A stretch of 64,000 nucleotides of DNA from Candidatus Nanopelagicales bacterium (lineage in GTDB: Bacteria > Actinomycetota > Actinomycetes > S36-B12). The stretch lies in NCBI GenBank assembly GCA_040266055.1, contig JBDQFC010000008.1:14070-78069 (forward strand), given 5' to 3'. Each line of letters begins with the position of its first letter. Position 1 is the stretch's first letter. Positions 23,390 to 32,292 of this stretch are shown piece by piece. The notes beneath the pieces are model-generated. The model did not search any database. It was not told the DNA's origin and saw only the letters and a list, made by a program, of their open reading frames with translations. The translations under genes and the position numbers were made by a program.

Positions 23390-24621
23390 GAATCAGGAGG
23401 TCGGCTCGTTACTCCGTCGAGAGAATCGGCGAGTTCAACCTCGTCGCGCGTAATCCCCATCAGATACAAGACCGTGTCCAGGTAAGGCGCTGTCACCGAT
23501 GTGTCAGCTGCGGCGCGAGCAGCAGGTTTGGCGTTGAATGCGATCCCTAGTCCGGCTGCCTCGAGCATGTCGATGTCGTTAGCACCGTCGCCGATAGCGA
23601 TGGTGCGGCGCCGGGGAATACCAAACCGAACGGCCAACTCTTCGAGAACCTTGCGCTTGCCAGGACGATCGACCACGTCTCCCACAACACGACCAGTGAG
23701 TCGGCCGTTTTCCACCTCCAAGGTGTTGGCTCGCAGTTCGGCAACTCCTAGCTCGGATGCGATGGGTGCGACGACCTGGCTGAAACCTCCCGAGACCAAA
23801 GCGATGCGGTAGCCAAGCCGATTCAGGGTTCGGCACAAGGTGCGTGCCCCGGGTGTCAGTTGAATCTGCTGGCGAACAGACTCGAATACAGATTCCGGCA
23901 GTCCCTCCAGGAGTGCTACTCGTTGATGCAGGGACTCGCTGAAGTCCAGTTCTCCGGCCATGGCTCTTTCGGTGACGGCCGCAACTGCATCTTGTGCCCC
24001 GGCCTGCGCAGCCAGCAGGTCGATGACTTCATCCTGGATGACGGTGGAATCAACATCCATGACCACGAGGTACTGACCTCTGGTTTCCAGCCCGGTTTCT
24101 TGGACCGCGATATCGACGTTCATATCGGCGGAGATTCCAGCAAGGGGGCGGCGCAGCGTGTCCGGATCCACGCCTCGGCCATCGAAGGAGATCGCGGTGA
24201 CGGGGTAGTGGGCGATGCGTCGGATGCGGTCGATGTTGCCGCCGCCAGCGGCGATAACGGTTGCGATGTTCGTGATGGCATCTGGCGTGAGGTCTGCGGC
24301 CATGACGGTGACTCGGAAACTGGTGGACAAACGTGAGGCGTCGACAGCGGGGGGTGGGGATCCGATGGCGACCGAGGAGTCCATCTCCAACTGAAGGGCC
24401 AGTTCCACGATAGCGGCCTCCAGTGAGTGCAGATCGCTTGTAGGTCCAGACACCGAGCAGGCGATAACGAGGTGATCGCGCATGACGATTTGGTCGATGT
24501 CCGTGACCACGACCGGAAATCGACTGCACGTAGCGAATAGGTCGCGTGTGACACCTGGGCGGTCGTGACCGCTCAAGGTCACGAGCATGGTCGTGGTGTG
24601 GAGGTCGGCTGGCGTTTCCAT
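23386..24621 (-). CDS. serB: Phosphoserine phosphatase with two ACT domains
   Basis: G.DRPGVT, MDVDST, VSGGF, GDGANDIDML. Confidence 0.96.
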   Translation of the reverse strand: METPADLHTTTMLVTLSGHDRPGVTRDLFATCSRFPVVVTDIDQIVMRDHLVIACSVSGPTSDLHSLEAAIVELALQLEMDSSVAIGSPPPAVDASRLSTSFRVTVMAADLTPDAITNIATVIAAGGGNIDRIRRIAHYPVTAISFDGRGVDPDTLRRPLAGISADMNVDIAVQETGLETRGQYLVVMDVDSTVIQDEVIDLLAAQAGAQDAVAAVTERAMAGELDFSESLHQRVALLEGLPESVFESVRQQIQLTPGARTLCRTLNRLGYRIALVSGGFSQVVAPIASELGVAELRANTLEVENGRLTGRVVGDVVDRPGKRKVLEELAVRFGIPRRRTIAIGDGANDIDMLEAAGLGIAFNAKPAARAAADTSVTAPYLDTVLYLMGITRDEVELADSLDGVTSRPPDS

Positions 24622-24679
24622 GGCGACTAAACGCTACTCAGGGTGCGGCATGTGATGAGCACACGCCTAGGGTGTCGGG

Positions 24680-25462
24680 GTGCATGTGATCTCCATGGCG
24701 GACGTCGGGGTCCGACGCGGACCATCGTGGTTACTCGAGCACCTGGATTGGGTTGTCGACGAATCTGATCGATGGGTAGTGATCGGTCCCAATGGTGCGG
24801 GTAAGACCACGGCATTGACCATTGCTGCAACCCGGATGTTTCCCACGACTGGGCAGGTCGAGGTCCTCGGTGAGCGGATGGGCCAGGTCGACCTATCTGA
24901 ATTGCGTCCGAGGGTGGGCTTCGCGAGTAGCGCTCTCATGCGCGACATACCCATGCACGAGACGGCGATCGACCTTGTGATGACAGCCGCGTACGCGATC
25001 ACTGGTCGTTGGCAGGAGGAGTACGACTCCGAAGATGCTGATCGCGCGCGGTGGCTGCTTGACTCCTGGGGAGCGTCTGCATACGCCGAACGCCCCTTCG
25101 CCTCCTTGTCCGAGGGAGAGCGCAAGAGAGTCTTGATCGCTCGTGCGCTGATGAGTGATCCGGAACTGTTGCTGCTCGATGAGCCTGGTGCCGGGCTTGA
25201 CCTCGCCGGTCGTGAGGAACTCGTCGGCATGCTCGCGGCCTTCGCCCAGGATCCAATGTCTCCGACGTTGGTTCTGGTCACCCACCACCTGGAGGAGATT
25301 CCCCCGGGTATCACCCACGCACTCCTGCTTGGGCAGGGTCAGCCTGTTGCGGCTGGTCCCATTCGGGCGACCTTAAGCGGGGAGAACATCTCCCGCAGTT
25401 TCGGCATGAACATCGCGGTGACGGCGATCGAAGGCCGTTGGATGGCCACCGCGGGCCAATAG
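24680..25462 (+). CDS. ABC ATP-binding protein (ModF-like, no adjacent permease)
   Basis: GPNGAGKT, LSEGERKR, LDEPGAGLD, VTHH. Confidence 0.92.
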   Translation: MHVISMADVGVRRGPSWLLEHLDWVVDESDRWVVIGPNGAGKTTALTIAATRMFPTTGQVEVLGERMGQVDLSELRPRVGFASSALMRDIPMHETAIDLVMTAAYAITGRWQEEYDSEDADRARWLLDSWGASAYAERPFASLSEGERKRVLIARALMSDPELLLLDEPGAGLDLAGREELVGMLAAFAQDPMSPTLVLVTHHLEEIPPGITHALLLGQGQPVAAGPIRATLSGENISRSFGMNIAVTAIEGRWMATAGQ

Positions 25463-25478
25463 CGACAGACTGCTGTTC

Positions 25479-26972
25479 ATGGCTATGACCCAGACGGCTC
25501 GGTGGTTATTCGGGGACCAACTCGGACCACATTTCGACGACGGTGGACCGATCCTGCTTGTCGAGGCGAAGTCAATGTTCGCCCGCCGTGCCTACCATCG
25601 GCAGAAGGCGCATCTGATCCTGAGCGCGATGCATCATCGGGCAGCGGAGGATCCGGACCGCGTGAGCCTGGTCACGTCGACCACCTACGCCGAAGGTGTT
25701 GAGCGTTACCGCACGGAAACCGGTCATGAACTCGACGCTGTAGCGGCGACGTCCCGCCGGGCACGCGCACTCGTCACATCTCTTGGCATCACCGACGTCC
25801 ACCCTGAACGTGGCTGGTTCACCTCCGCAGCGGAGTTCCAGGGGTGGGTCGAAGGTCGTGGCAAGAAGCGACTGTTGATGGAGGACTGGTACCGCAGCGT
25901 TCGTTCCTCGCATGACGTCCTGATGTCTGACGGCAAGCCCGAGGGGGGTCGCTGGAACTACGACCACGACAACCGACTTCCACCGCCGAAGGGCGAAACG
26001 CACCTGCCGGTACCCGAGCCTTGGCAACCGATCGAGGACGAGATCGACCACGCTGTCCGCGCCCAACTGGACGCATGGGAGGGCGAGGGCATCGAATTCC
26101 TAGGTTTGGATGGACCACGGCGATTCGCCGTGACGCGCTCGGAGGCATTACAGGCACTCGAGGACTTCCTCGACAACCGCCTTTCCCTGTTCGGGCCCTA
26201 CGAGGACGCGGTGTTGTGGCGGGACCCGTTCATGGCGCATTCACTGCTGTCAGTACCGATGAACCTCGGACTATTGGATCCCCACGAGGTAGTTGAGCGG
26301 GCGGTGCAGCGTTTGCGACAAGACGAGGCGACGCTGGCCAGCGTTGAGGGGTTGATACGACAGATCATCGGGTGGCGCGAGTACGTCTGGCATCTGTATT
26401 GGCACCTCGGTGCTGAATACGAAGAGCGCAACGCACTCGATGCGCAGGTGCAGCCTCCGGACTGGTTCCTGAACGCATCGGTAGACGAAATCAAAGCCGC
26501 ATGTTTGCGACATTCACTCGGGTACGTTCGAGACCTCGGCTACTCACACCACATTGTGCGGTTGATGGTTCTGAGCAATTGGGCTCTGCAGCGCGGCTAC
26601 TCGCCGCAGGTCATGAATGACTGGTTCCGGCGCGCATTCGTCGACGGCTACCCATGGGTCATGACTGCAAATGTGATTGGCATGGGTTTGTATGCCGACG
26701 GAGGCGAGATGGCGACCAAGCCGTACGTCTCCGGCGGCGCCTATTTGAAGAAAATGACTGACTTCTGCTCCGATTGCATCTACGACCCCAAGGTTCGAGT
26801 GGGGGACAAGGCGTGTCCGTTCACCGCGGGCTACTGGGCATTCCTGGATAGCAATCGAGAACGGCTTGCAGGTAATCACCGGTTGGCCACTGCATTTCGA
26901 ACGTTAGACAAACTCAAGGATAAGGACGATCTCGTTGTGCAAGAGCAGTCGCGCGGATCAGATGCTCCCTGA
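25479..26972 (+). CDS. Cryptochrome/photolyase-related protein, Fe-S bacterial (6-4) photolyase (FeS-BCP/PhrB-like)
   Basis: LFGDQL, MEDWYR, GGRWNYDHDNR, FGPYEDA, HSLLS, QIIGWREY, HHIVRLM, TKPYVSGGAY; four Cys (codons 26502, 26766, 26775, 26814). Confidence 0.92.
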   Translation: MAMTQTARWLFGDQLGPHFDDGGPILLVEAKSMFARRAYHRQKAHLILSAMHHRAAEDPDRVSLVTSTTYAEGVERYRTETGHELDAVAATSRRARALVTSLGITDVHPERGWFTSAAEFQGWVEGRGKKRLLMEDWYRSVRSSHDVLMSDGKPEGGRWNYDHDNRLPPPKGETHLPVPEPWQPIEDEIDHAVRAQLDAWEGEGIEFLGLDGPRRFAVTRSEALQALEDFLDNRLSLFGPYEDAVLWRDPFMAHSLLSVPMNLGLLDPHEVVERAVQRLRQDEATLASVEGLIRQIIGWREYVWHLYWHLGAEYEERNALDAQVQPPDWFLNASVDEIKAACLRHSLGYVRDLGYSHHIVRLMVLSNWALQRGYSPQVMNDWFRRAFVDGYPWVMTANVIGMGLYADGGEMATKPYVSGGAYLKKMTDFCSDCIYDPKVRVGDKACPFTAGYWAFLDSNRERLAGNHRLATAFRTLDKLKDKDDLVVQEQSRGSDAP

Positions 26973-26989
26973 TCGCTTCGTGCGCCCGC

Positions 26990-27784
26990 TTACCTGCGGT
27001 CGGCCTTGGCTTCCCATCCTTCTTTGATCATACGAACGCCCACGATCGCCACAAGCAAGGCGAACAAACCCCGAACGAGCGAGCCGCTCACGCTCAACGC
27101 CAAGAACGCCCCAAGGATGCCGCCCGGGATGGATGCCACGCCGAGTCGAAAGCCGAGGCTCCAATCGGTCGCACCCGTTGTGGATTGGCGCCAGGCGCCG
27201 AGAAAGGCGATCGGCACCATGACAGCCAGTGATGTTCCGGCCGCGAGTTGCTGTGGGAAGTCGAAGAGCGTGACGAGGATGGGTATCACGACGATGCCGC
27301 CGCCGACACCGAACAGAGCGGATAACAAACCCATTGCCAGGCCACTACCTGCGAAGGCCACCGCGGTTACGGGGTTCAGCGATGCGAACACGTCTGCGGC
27401 CACAGTTTCTGCGCTCGATGGGGCAATCAAGTCAAACGCGGACACGAAGAGCCGAGCAGCGACAATGACCAAAATGAGCCCGAAGGCCATCTGGAGTCGG
27501 TGGTCTGAGGAGCGCTGAACCAGGTGACTACCGAGCAACGAGCCGGCGAGACCGCCGATCATGATGAACGCGGCCGCGATCCACGCAACTTCACCGTTGA
27601 CTGCGTAAGTAACGAAACCCGCAGCGGCAGCAAGTGTGACCATGACCAGGCTCGTGGCCTGCGCACGTTTTTGGGGAAAACGAAAGAGCAACACCAGAAG
27701 TGGAACGAGGATGATTCCGCCTCCGACCCCGAAGGCGCCGGAGAACACGCCTGCACCGAAGCCGATGAGAATAATGCGTGCCAC
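26990..27784 (-). CDS. Sulfite exporter TauE/SafE (TSUP) family transporter
   Basis: Internal repeat G.FSG.FGVGGG / GLLSALFGVGGG, ATSL/GTSL; start uncertain (GTG 27784 or 27814). Confidence 0.88.
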   Translation of the reverse strand: MARIILIGFGAGVFSGAFGVGGGIILVPLLVLLFRFPQKRAQATSLVMVTLAAAAGFVTYAVNGEVAWIAAAFIMIGGLAGSLLGSHLVQRSSDHRLQMAFGLILVIVAARLFVSAFDLIAPSSAETVAADVFASLNPVTAVAFAGSGLAMGLLSALFGVGGGIVVIPILVTLFDFPQQLAAGTSLAVMVPIAFLGAWRQSTTGATDWSLGFRLGVASIPGGILGAFLALSVSGSLVRGLFALLVAIVGVRMIKEGWEAKADRR

Positions 27785-27911
27785 GTCGCACAGTGTGGCG
27801 GTGGGGAGATTCACTTCCCATCGAACCCGGCCAAGCAAGCCTTGTCCGCCGATAAACTTCGACTGTCTCAATGTCTTTTGCACCACTGACGAATCGAGAC
27901 GGCGGCGCCGC

Positions 27912-28685
27912 GTGATCGACTCGGCAACGGCTGTCGCCGTAATCGTCGCGGCTGGCTTTGTGGCCGGTGCAATAAACGGTGTCGTTGGATCGGGAACTCT
28001 GTTCACCTTCAGCGCGCTCATCGCTATCGGTGTGCCCCCGGTTGCCGCGAACGGAACCAACACGACGGGTTTGTTCCCCGGCAGTTTTGCGTCGTCGTAT
28101 GCGTATCGCAACGAACTGCGCAGTCGACTAACGCGCCTGAAGGGGCCACTGATCGCGACGAGCATCGGCGCGTCGTTGGGCGCGCTGCTCGTCGTGGGCC
28201 TGCCCGTGGAAGTCTTTTCTGCGGTGGTTCCTTGGCTCATTGCTTCAGCCACCGTGATGATCGCCATCCAGCCGTTACGAAAGCGTATGCAGGCACGACG
28301 TCACAGTGCGGAGATGGACACGGGGCACCCTGCGCCGACGAGACGCCTGTGGCCGTGGACGGGTGCGGTGGGTATCTACGGTGGATATTTCGGAGCCGCG
28401 CAAGGTGTCGTCCTGATGGCAGTCCTGACGTGGATCTATGACACCAGAGTTCAGTACAGCAATGCTGCCAAGAATCTGCTCGCTTCCATGGCCAACATGG
28501 TTGCCGCTGTGGTCTTCATCGCCACGGGCAACGTGGTGTGGCCTGCTGCTGTGGTCCTGATGGTGAGTTCGATCGCTGGAGGTTATCTCGGCGCGCGCTG
28601 GGCGAGGCGGCTTCCAGAAGTGGTGCTCCGTGGCATGGTGGTGGCCGTAGGAGTTCTGGCCACGACCGTGCTGGTTTTGAGATGA
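27912..28685 (+). CDS. Sulfite exporter TauE/SafE (TSUP) family transporter
   Basis: AGAINGVVGSGTLFTF, ANGTNT, YGGYFGAAQG, NAAKN; start approximate. Confidence 0.88.
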   Translation: MIDSATAVAVIVAAGFVAGAINGVVGSGTLFTFSALIAIGVPPVAANGTNTTGLFPGSFASSYAYRNELRSRLTRLKGPLIATSIGASLGALLVVGLPVEVFSAVVPWLIASATVMIAIQPLRKRMQARRHSAEMDTGHPAPTRRLWPWTGAVGIYGGYFGAAQGVVLMAVLTWIYDTRVQYSNAAKNLLASMANMVAAVVFIATGNVVWPAAVVLMVSSIAGGYLGARWARRLPEVVLRGMVVAVGVLATTVLVLR

Positions 28686-28698
28686 GAAGGGCTGGTTG

Positions 28699-29409
28699 AT
28701 GCGAACGTTCATCCGGATCGTTCTGATCATCGTCGGCAGCGCCATGGTCCTGGTCGGCATCACCGTCGGTAGCGCCACGTGGTGGGTTCAACAGCAACTC
28801 ACGGTGAACGAGGGTCGGTGGGTGCTGCAGACCCCCGAAGAGATCATCCCTGCGGATGGTTGCTCAACGGTCATCATCGAGCTATCCGGCGTAGACGTCG
28901 ATCCCGGTGACATCGACCAATTCGAAGTGATCTCGTCCCGATCGCAGACCGTTTTCACTGTCGCGGCTACGGGTGAATCTGACGATGGCTGGCTCGTGGG
29001 GAGTACGGCGTCCGCACCCGTGGAGGACCGGCTCCTGGGTACTCGCTACTGCATAGCCGAGAACTCCGGCGGCGATGCCTGGACCGTGAACCTGATTCAG
29101 GTGGAGCAGGGTTCGCCGGATTTGTCAGTTGCTGGGCTGCAGGGGCGTTGGGCTAACGCCGACGATGGCGAGAAAGTAGTGCTTCCGGTGCCGAGTGCAG
29201 GGGAGTCGGTCGTCGTTGCCGGCGGTGAAGGCAGCGATATCGGGTCGATAGTTCTTATGGGGGAGTATCGAATCGCAGGTGGCTCGACTCTCGCAATTAT
29301 CGGACTCGTTGGTGGAGTGCTGACCGTGGCTTTGGGCACCGTGCTCTTGGTGATCAGTTTTTGGGGATTGCGTCAACGTGGACGACATGAGGCAAGGTCT
29401 TCGTCATGA
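28699..29409 (+). CDS. Hypothetical membrane protein, two terminal TM helices around an acidic loop
   Basis: 236-aa ORF between co-oriented genes; hydrophobic N- and C-terminal segments; no family recognised. Confidence 0.75.
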   Translation: MRTFIRIVLIIVGSAMVLVGITVGSATWWVQQQLTVNEGRWVLQTPEEIIPADGCSTVIIELSGVDVDPGDIDQFEVISSRSQTVFTVAATGESDDGWLVGSTASAPVEDRLLGTRYCIAENSGGDAWTVNLIQVEQGSPDLSVAGLQGRWANADDGEKVVLPVPSAGESVVVAGGEGSDIGSIVLMGEYRIAGGSTLAIIGLVGGVLTVALGTVLLVISFWGLRQRGRHEARSSS

Positions 29410-29437
29410 TGCGGGTGGGCGCTGTACGAGGATTGCG

Positions 29438-30019
29438 ATGAGCAACGCCACCTACGAATCTGAGCCGTGGAACGTATGGACGGTCCCTAATGCCGTCAGC
29501 GTGCTGCGACTCCTCGGCATTCCCGTGTTCTTATGGCTGATCCTCGTCGAAGAAGCTGACGTTTTGGGATTTGTCATTTTGGTTATTGCGGGAGTCACCG
29601 ACTGGGTGGACGGCTTCCTAGCGAGGAAACTCGACCAACGCAGTCGACTCGGTGTTCTCCTGGATCCTTTGGTCGATCGGCTGTACATCCTTGCCACACT
29701 TCTTGGTCTTGCATTCCGCGACATCATCGGCTGGTGGCTCGTGGCGATACTGGTCGGACGTGACGTCGTGTTGTTGCTGTTGGTACCGCTGCTGCGGCGA
29801 TCGGGTCGGGTGGCCCTACCGGTTACCTACGTCGGCAAGGCCGGGACCTTCGCCCTGTTGTGGGGGTTCCCTGTTCTTCTCCTGGGTTCGCTCCCTGGAG
29901 CCTGGGGAACGATCTTGTCCGCGTTCGGCTGGGCCTTTGCCTTGTGGGGCACCTTCTTGTATTGGTGGGCCGGACTCCGATACGCGCAACAGATGATCGC
30001 AGCAGCTCGTGGCGACTAG
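29438..30019 (+). CDS. CDP-alcohol phosphatidyltransferase (PgsA2-like)
   Basis: TVPNAVSVLR, DWVDGFLARK, G..LDPLVDR, GKAGT. Confidence 0.93.
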   Translation: MSNATYESEPWNVWTVPNAVSVLRLLGIPVFLWLILVEEADVLGFVILVIAGVTDWVDGFLARKLDQRSRLGVLLDPLVDRLYILATLLGLAFRDIIGWWLVAILVGRDVVLLLLVPLLRRSGRVALPVTYVGKAGTFALLWGFPVLLLGSLPGAWGTILSAFGWAFALWGTFLYWWAGLRYAQQMIAAARGD

Positions 30020-30048
30020 GCTCACGTCACCAGCGAGGAAGGAACCCC

Positions 30049-30432
30049 ATGATTCCTGGAGAGTTGAAGTACACGGCCGAGCACGAGTGGATCCGTGCAG
30101 ACGAGGGCTCAACCGTCACGGTTGGCATCACCCACTATGCGCAAGAGTCGCTCGGCGACATCGTGTTCGTGTCCTTGCCTTCGGTCGGTGATCAGGTTGA
30201 AGCCGGACAGTCGTGCGGTGAAGTGGAATCGACCAAGAGCGTCAGTGAGTTGTACGCCCCGGTGACCGGCCAAGTGACCGAGGTCAACTCAGTGGTCGAC
30301 GATGCTCCCGAAACTATCAACTCCGCGCCGTACGAAGCGGGCTGGCTGTTTCGCATCGACCTAGGCGATCCCAGCCAACTTGACGGCTTACTGTCGGCGA
30401 GTGAATACGAGGCGATGACGCAAGGGGCTTAG
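30049..30432 (+). CDS. gcvH: Glycine cleavage system H protein
   Basis: YTAEHEW, GITHYAQESLGD, VESTKSVSE (lipoyl Lys), N..PY..GWLF. Confidence 0.97.
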   Translation: MIPGELKYTAEHEWIRADEGSTVTVGITHYAQESLGDIVFVSLPSVGDQVEAGQSCGEVESTKSVSELYAPVTGQVTEVNSVVDDAPETINSAPYEAGWLFRIDLGDPSQLDGLLSASEYEAMTQGA

Positions 30433-30492
30433 GCTGGGGGGTGCGCGGAGATTGATTCACGTGTACCGGCCCAAGGTGAAGGGAGCGCGCCC

Positions 30493-31008
30493 ATGAACTG
30501 CAATGCGTGCGGCAAGCCCATCCATCCAGAGGATCGGTTCTGTGCCGCCTGTGGAAATCCTGTATCCCCGGGGGGATCGGGGCCCGACATCGACGCCACC
30601 GGAGCCATTACCGCCATCACAGGCGTCGGGGGACCGGCTACGGGTACGGGTCCCGCCGCCGCTCTAGGCACCGGAATCCACCGTGAGCTTCCGACCGGAT
30701 CTGCACTTCTGGTCGTGCATCGAGGGCCGTCCGAGGGCAGCGAGTTCTTGTTGCCAGCCGACGCCGACGTCGTCGGAGTAGGGCGATCGCCGGAGTCCGA
30801 AGTCTTCCTTGACGACGTCACTGTCAGTCGTCGGCACGCTGAGTTTCGACGCGGGGCTGATGGCTGGAGTGTTCGGGATGTGGGCAGCCTCAACGGCACG
30901 TACGTCAACCGAGTGCGGGTCGATGACCAGCGCCTCAACGGTGGCGATGAGGTTCAAATCGGCAAATTCCGCTTCGTTTTCTTGGTAGGCGTAGAGCCCG
31001 GGGCATGA
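30493..31008 (+). CDS. garA: GarA/OdhI-like FHA protein with N-terminal zinc ribbon
   Basis: CNAC...FCAACG, GRSPESEVFLDDVTVSRRHA, GSLNGTYVN, EVQIGKFR; syntenic position. Confidence 0.85.
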   Translation: MNCNACGKPIHPEDRFCAACGNPVSPGGSGPDIDATGAITAITGVGGPATGTGPAAALGTGIHRELPTGSALLVVHRGPSEGSEFLLPADADVVGVGRSPESEVFLDDVTVSRRHAEFRRGADGWSVRDVGSLNGTYVNRVRVDDQRLNGGDEVQIGKFRFVFLVGVEPGA

Positions 31009-31712
31009 GTGCGCGCGAGGCTGTGGAGCCGTCGAGCAAAGGCACGCTGAGCATCGGAGAAGTGCACAGCGTCCTCAAGCGCGACTTTCCCGACGTCACC
31101 ATCAGCAAGATCCGGTTTCTGGAAACCGAGGGTCTGGTCATCCCGGCGCGAACGTCTAGCGGATATCGCAGGTTCACCGACGACGATGTCCGCCGCTTGC
31201 GCGAGGTCCTGATCCTTCAGCGTGATCAGTACCTCCCGCTGAAAGTCATCCGCGAGCAACTCGACCAAAATGCCGAAGAGACGGTTGTTGCCGGCAGCGG
31301 CATGCGACCAGAAGACTTCCGTCCAGGTGCGGGACGCCTTCGTCTAACGCGTGGCGAGCTCGCAGAGATGACCCAACTCGATGAGTCCTATGTGGCTGAA
31401 CTTGAAGAACTCGGGCTGGTCTGGGTTAGCCCCGCCGGGCATTACGACGAAGATGCCGCGACCATTTGCCAGGTGGCTGCACGACTGTCGGCCTTCGGCT
31501 TCGAGGGCCGACACATGCGTAGTTTTCGGGTAGTAGCAGACCGGGAGTCGGGTCTCATCGAGCAGATGGCTACCCCGTTCACGCGCACCACGGGTCATGA
31601 ACGCGACTCACGCGTTCGATCGCAGGAGGCGATCCGAGAGATCGCTGCCTTATTCGTCCAATTGCACGCGTCTTTGCTCCGTGCCGAATTAATCCGCGCT
31701 GGGAAAGCCTAG
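31005..31712 (+). CDS. ftsR: MerR-family regulator (FtsR-like)
   Basis: SIGEV, TISKIRFLE.EGLV.P.RT.SGYR, YLPLKVI; directly after the FHA gene. Confidence 0.8.
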   Translation: MSAREAVEPSSKGTLSIGEVHSVLKRDFPDVTISKIRFLETEGLVIPARTSSGYRRFTDDDVRRLREVLILQRDQYLPLKVIREQLDQNAEETVVAGSGMRPEDFRPGAGRLRLTRGELAEMTQLDESYVAELEELGLVWVSPAGHYDEDAATICQVAARLSAFGFEGRHMRSFRVVADRESGLIEQMATPFTRTTGHERDSRVRSQEAIREIAALFVQLHASLLRAELIRAGKA

Positions 31713-31786
31713 ACAGAGCTGGCAATTTCACTCTGGGCGTGACCTCACGACTGTCACGAGACGCTCTGCACGGTTAGCCTTGAGCC

Positions 31787-32284
31787 ATGATCGATCTCGA
31801 TGTGGTGGGCGTCCGAATGGAGATGCCGTCGAACACTCCCATCGTGCTGCTGCGCGAACGGAACGGCGAACGGTACCTACCGATCTGGGTCGGGGCAGTG
31901 GAAGCCACGGCCATCGCGTACGCACAGCAAGGCGTAGTTCCACCGCGGCCGCTTACGCACGATCTGATGCGCGACCTGCTGGAGGCACTCGAAGCCCCGG
32001 TCAAAGAGGTGCGCATCACGGATTTGGCGGATGGAGTGTTCTATGCGCTCATCGTCTTCGAGAGCGGACTTGAAGTTCCCGCACGACCGTCCGATGCCAT
32101 CGCTCTCGCGCTACGCGCTGAAGTGCCAATCGTGGGCGCAGAGCAGGTTGTTGATGAGGCTGGAATCAAGATTCCAGACGAGGATGAGCCAGTTGAAGAG
32201 GACCAAGTCGAGAAGTTCCGAGAGTTCTTGGACCAGGTCTCACCCGAGGATTTCGGCGCTCCCGGCGCTCCCGGCGCGTCCTGA
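31787..32284 (+). CDS. Bifunctional nuclease family protein (DUF151)
   Basis: LPIWVGAVEA, RPLTHDL, ARPSDAIALA, FREFLDQV. Confidence 0.93.
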   Translation: MIDLDVVGVRMEMPSNTPIVLLRERNGERYLPIWVGAVEATAIAYAQQGVVPPRPLTHDLMRDLLEALEAPVKEVRITDLADGVFYALIVFESGLEVPARPSDAIALALRAEVPIVGAEQVVDEAGIKIPDEDEPVEEDQVEKFREFLDQVSPEDFGAPGAPGAS

Positions 32285-32292
32285 GCCTTCAG

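Noticed and set aside
32254-32277. 9-bp tandem repeat encoding GAPGAPGA
   Set aside because: Short low-complexity tail just before a stop codon; likely neutral slippage
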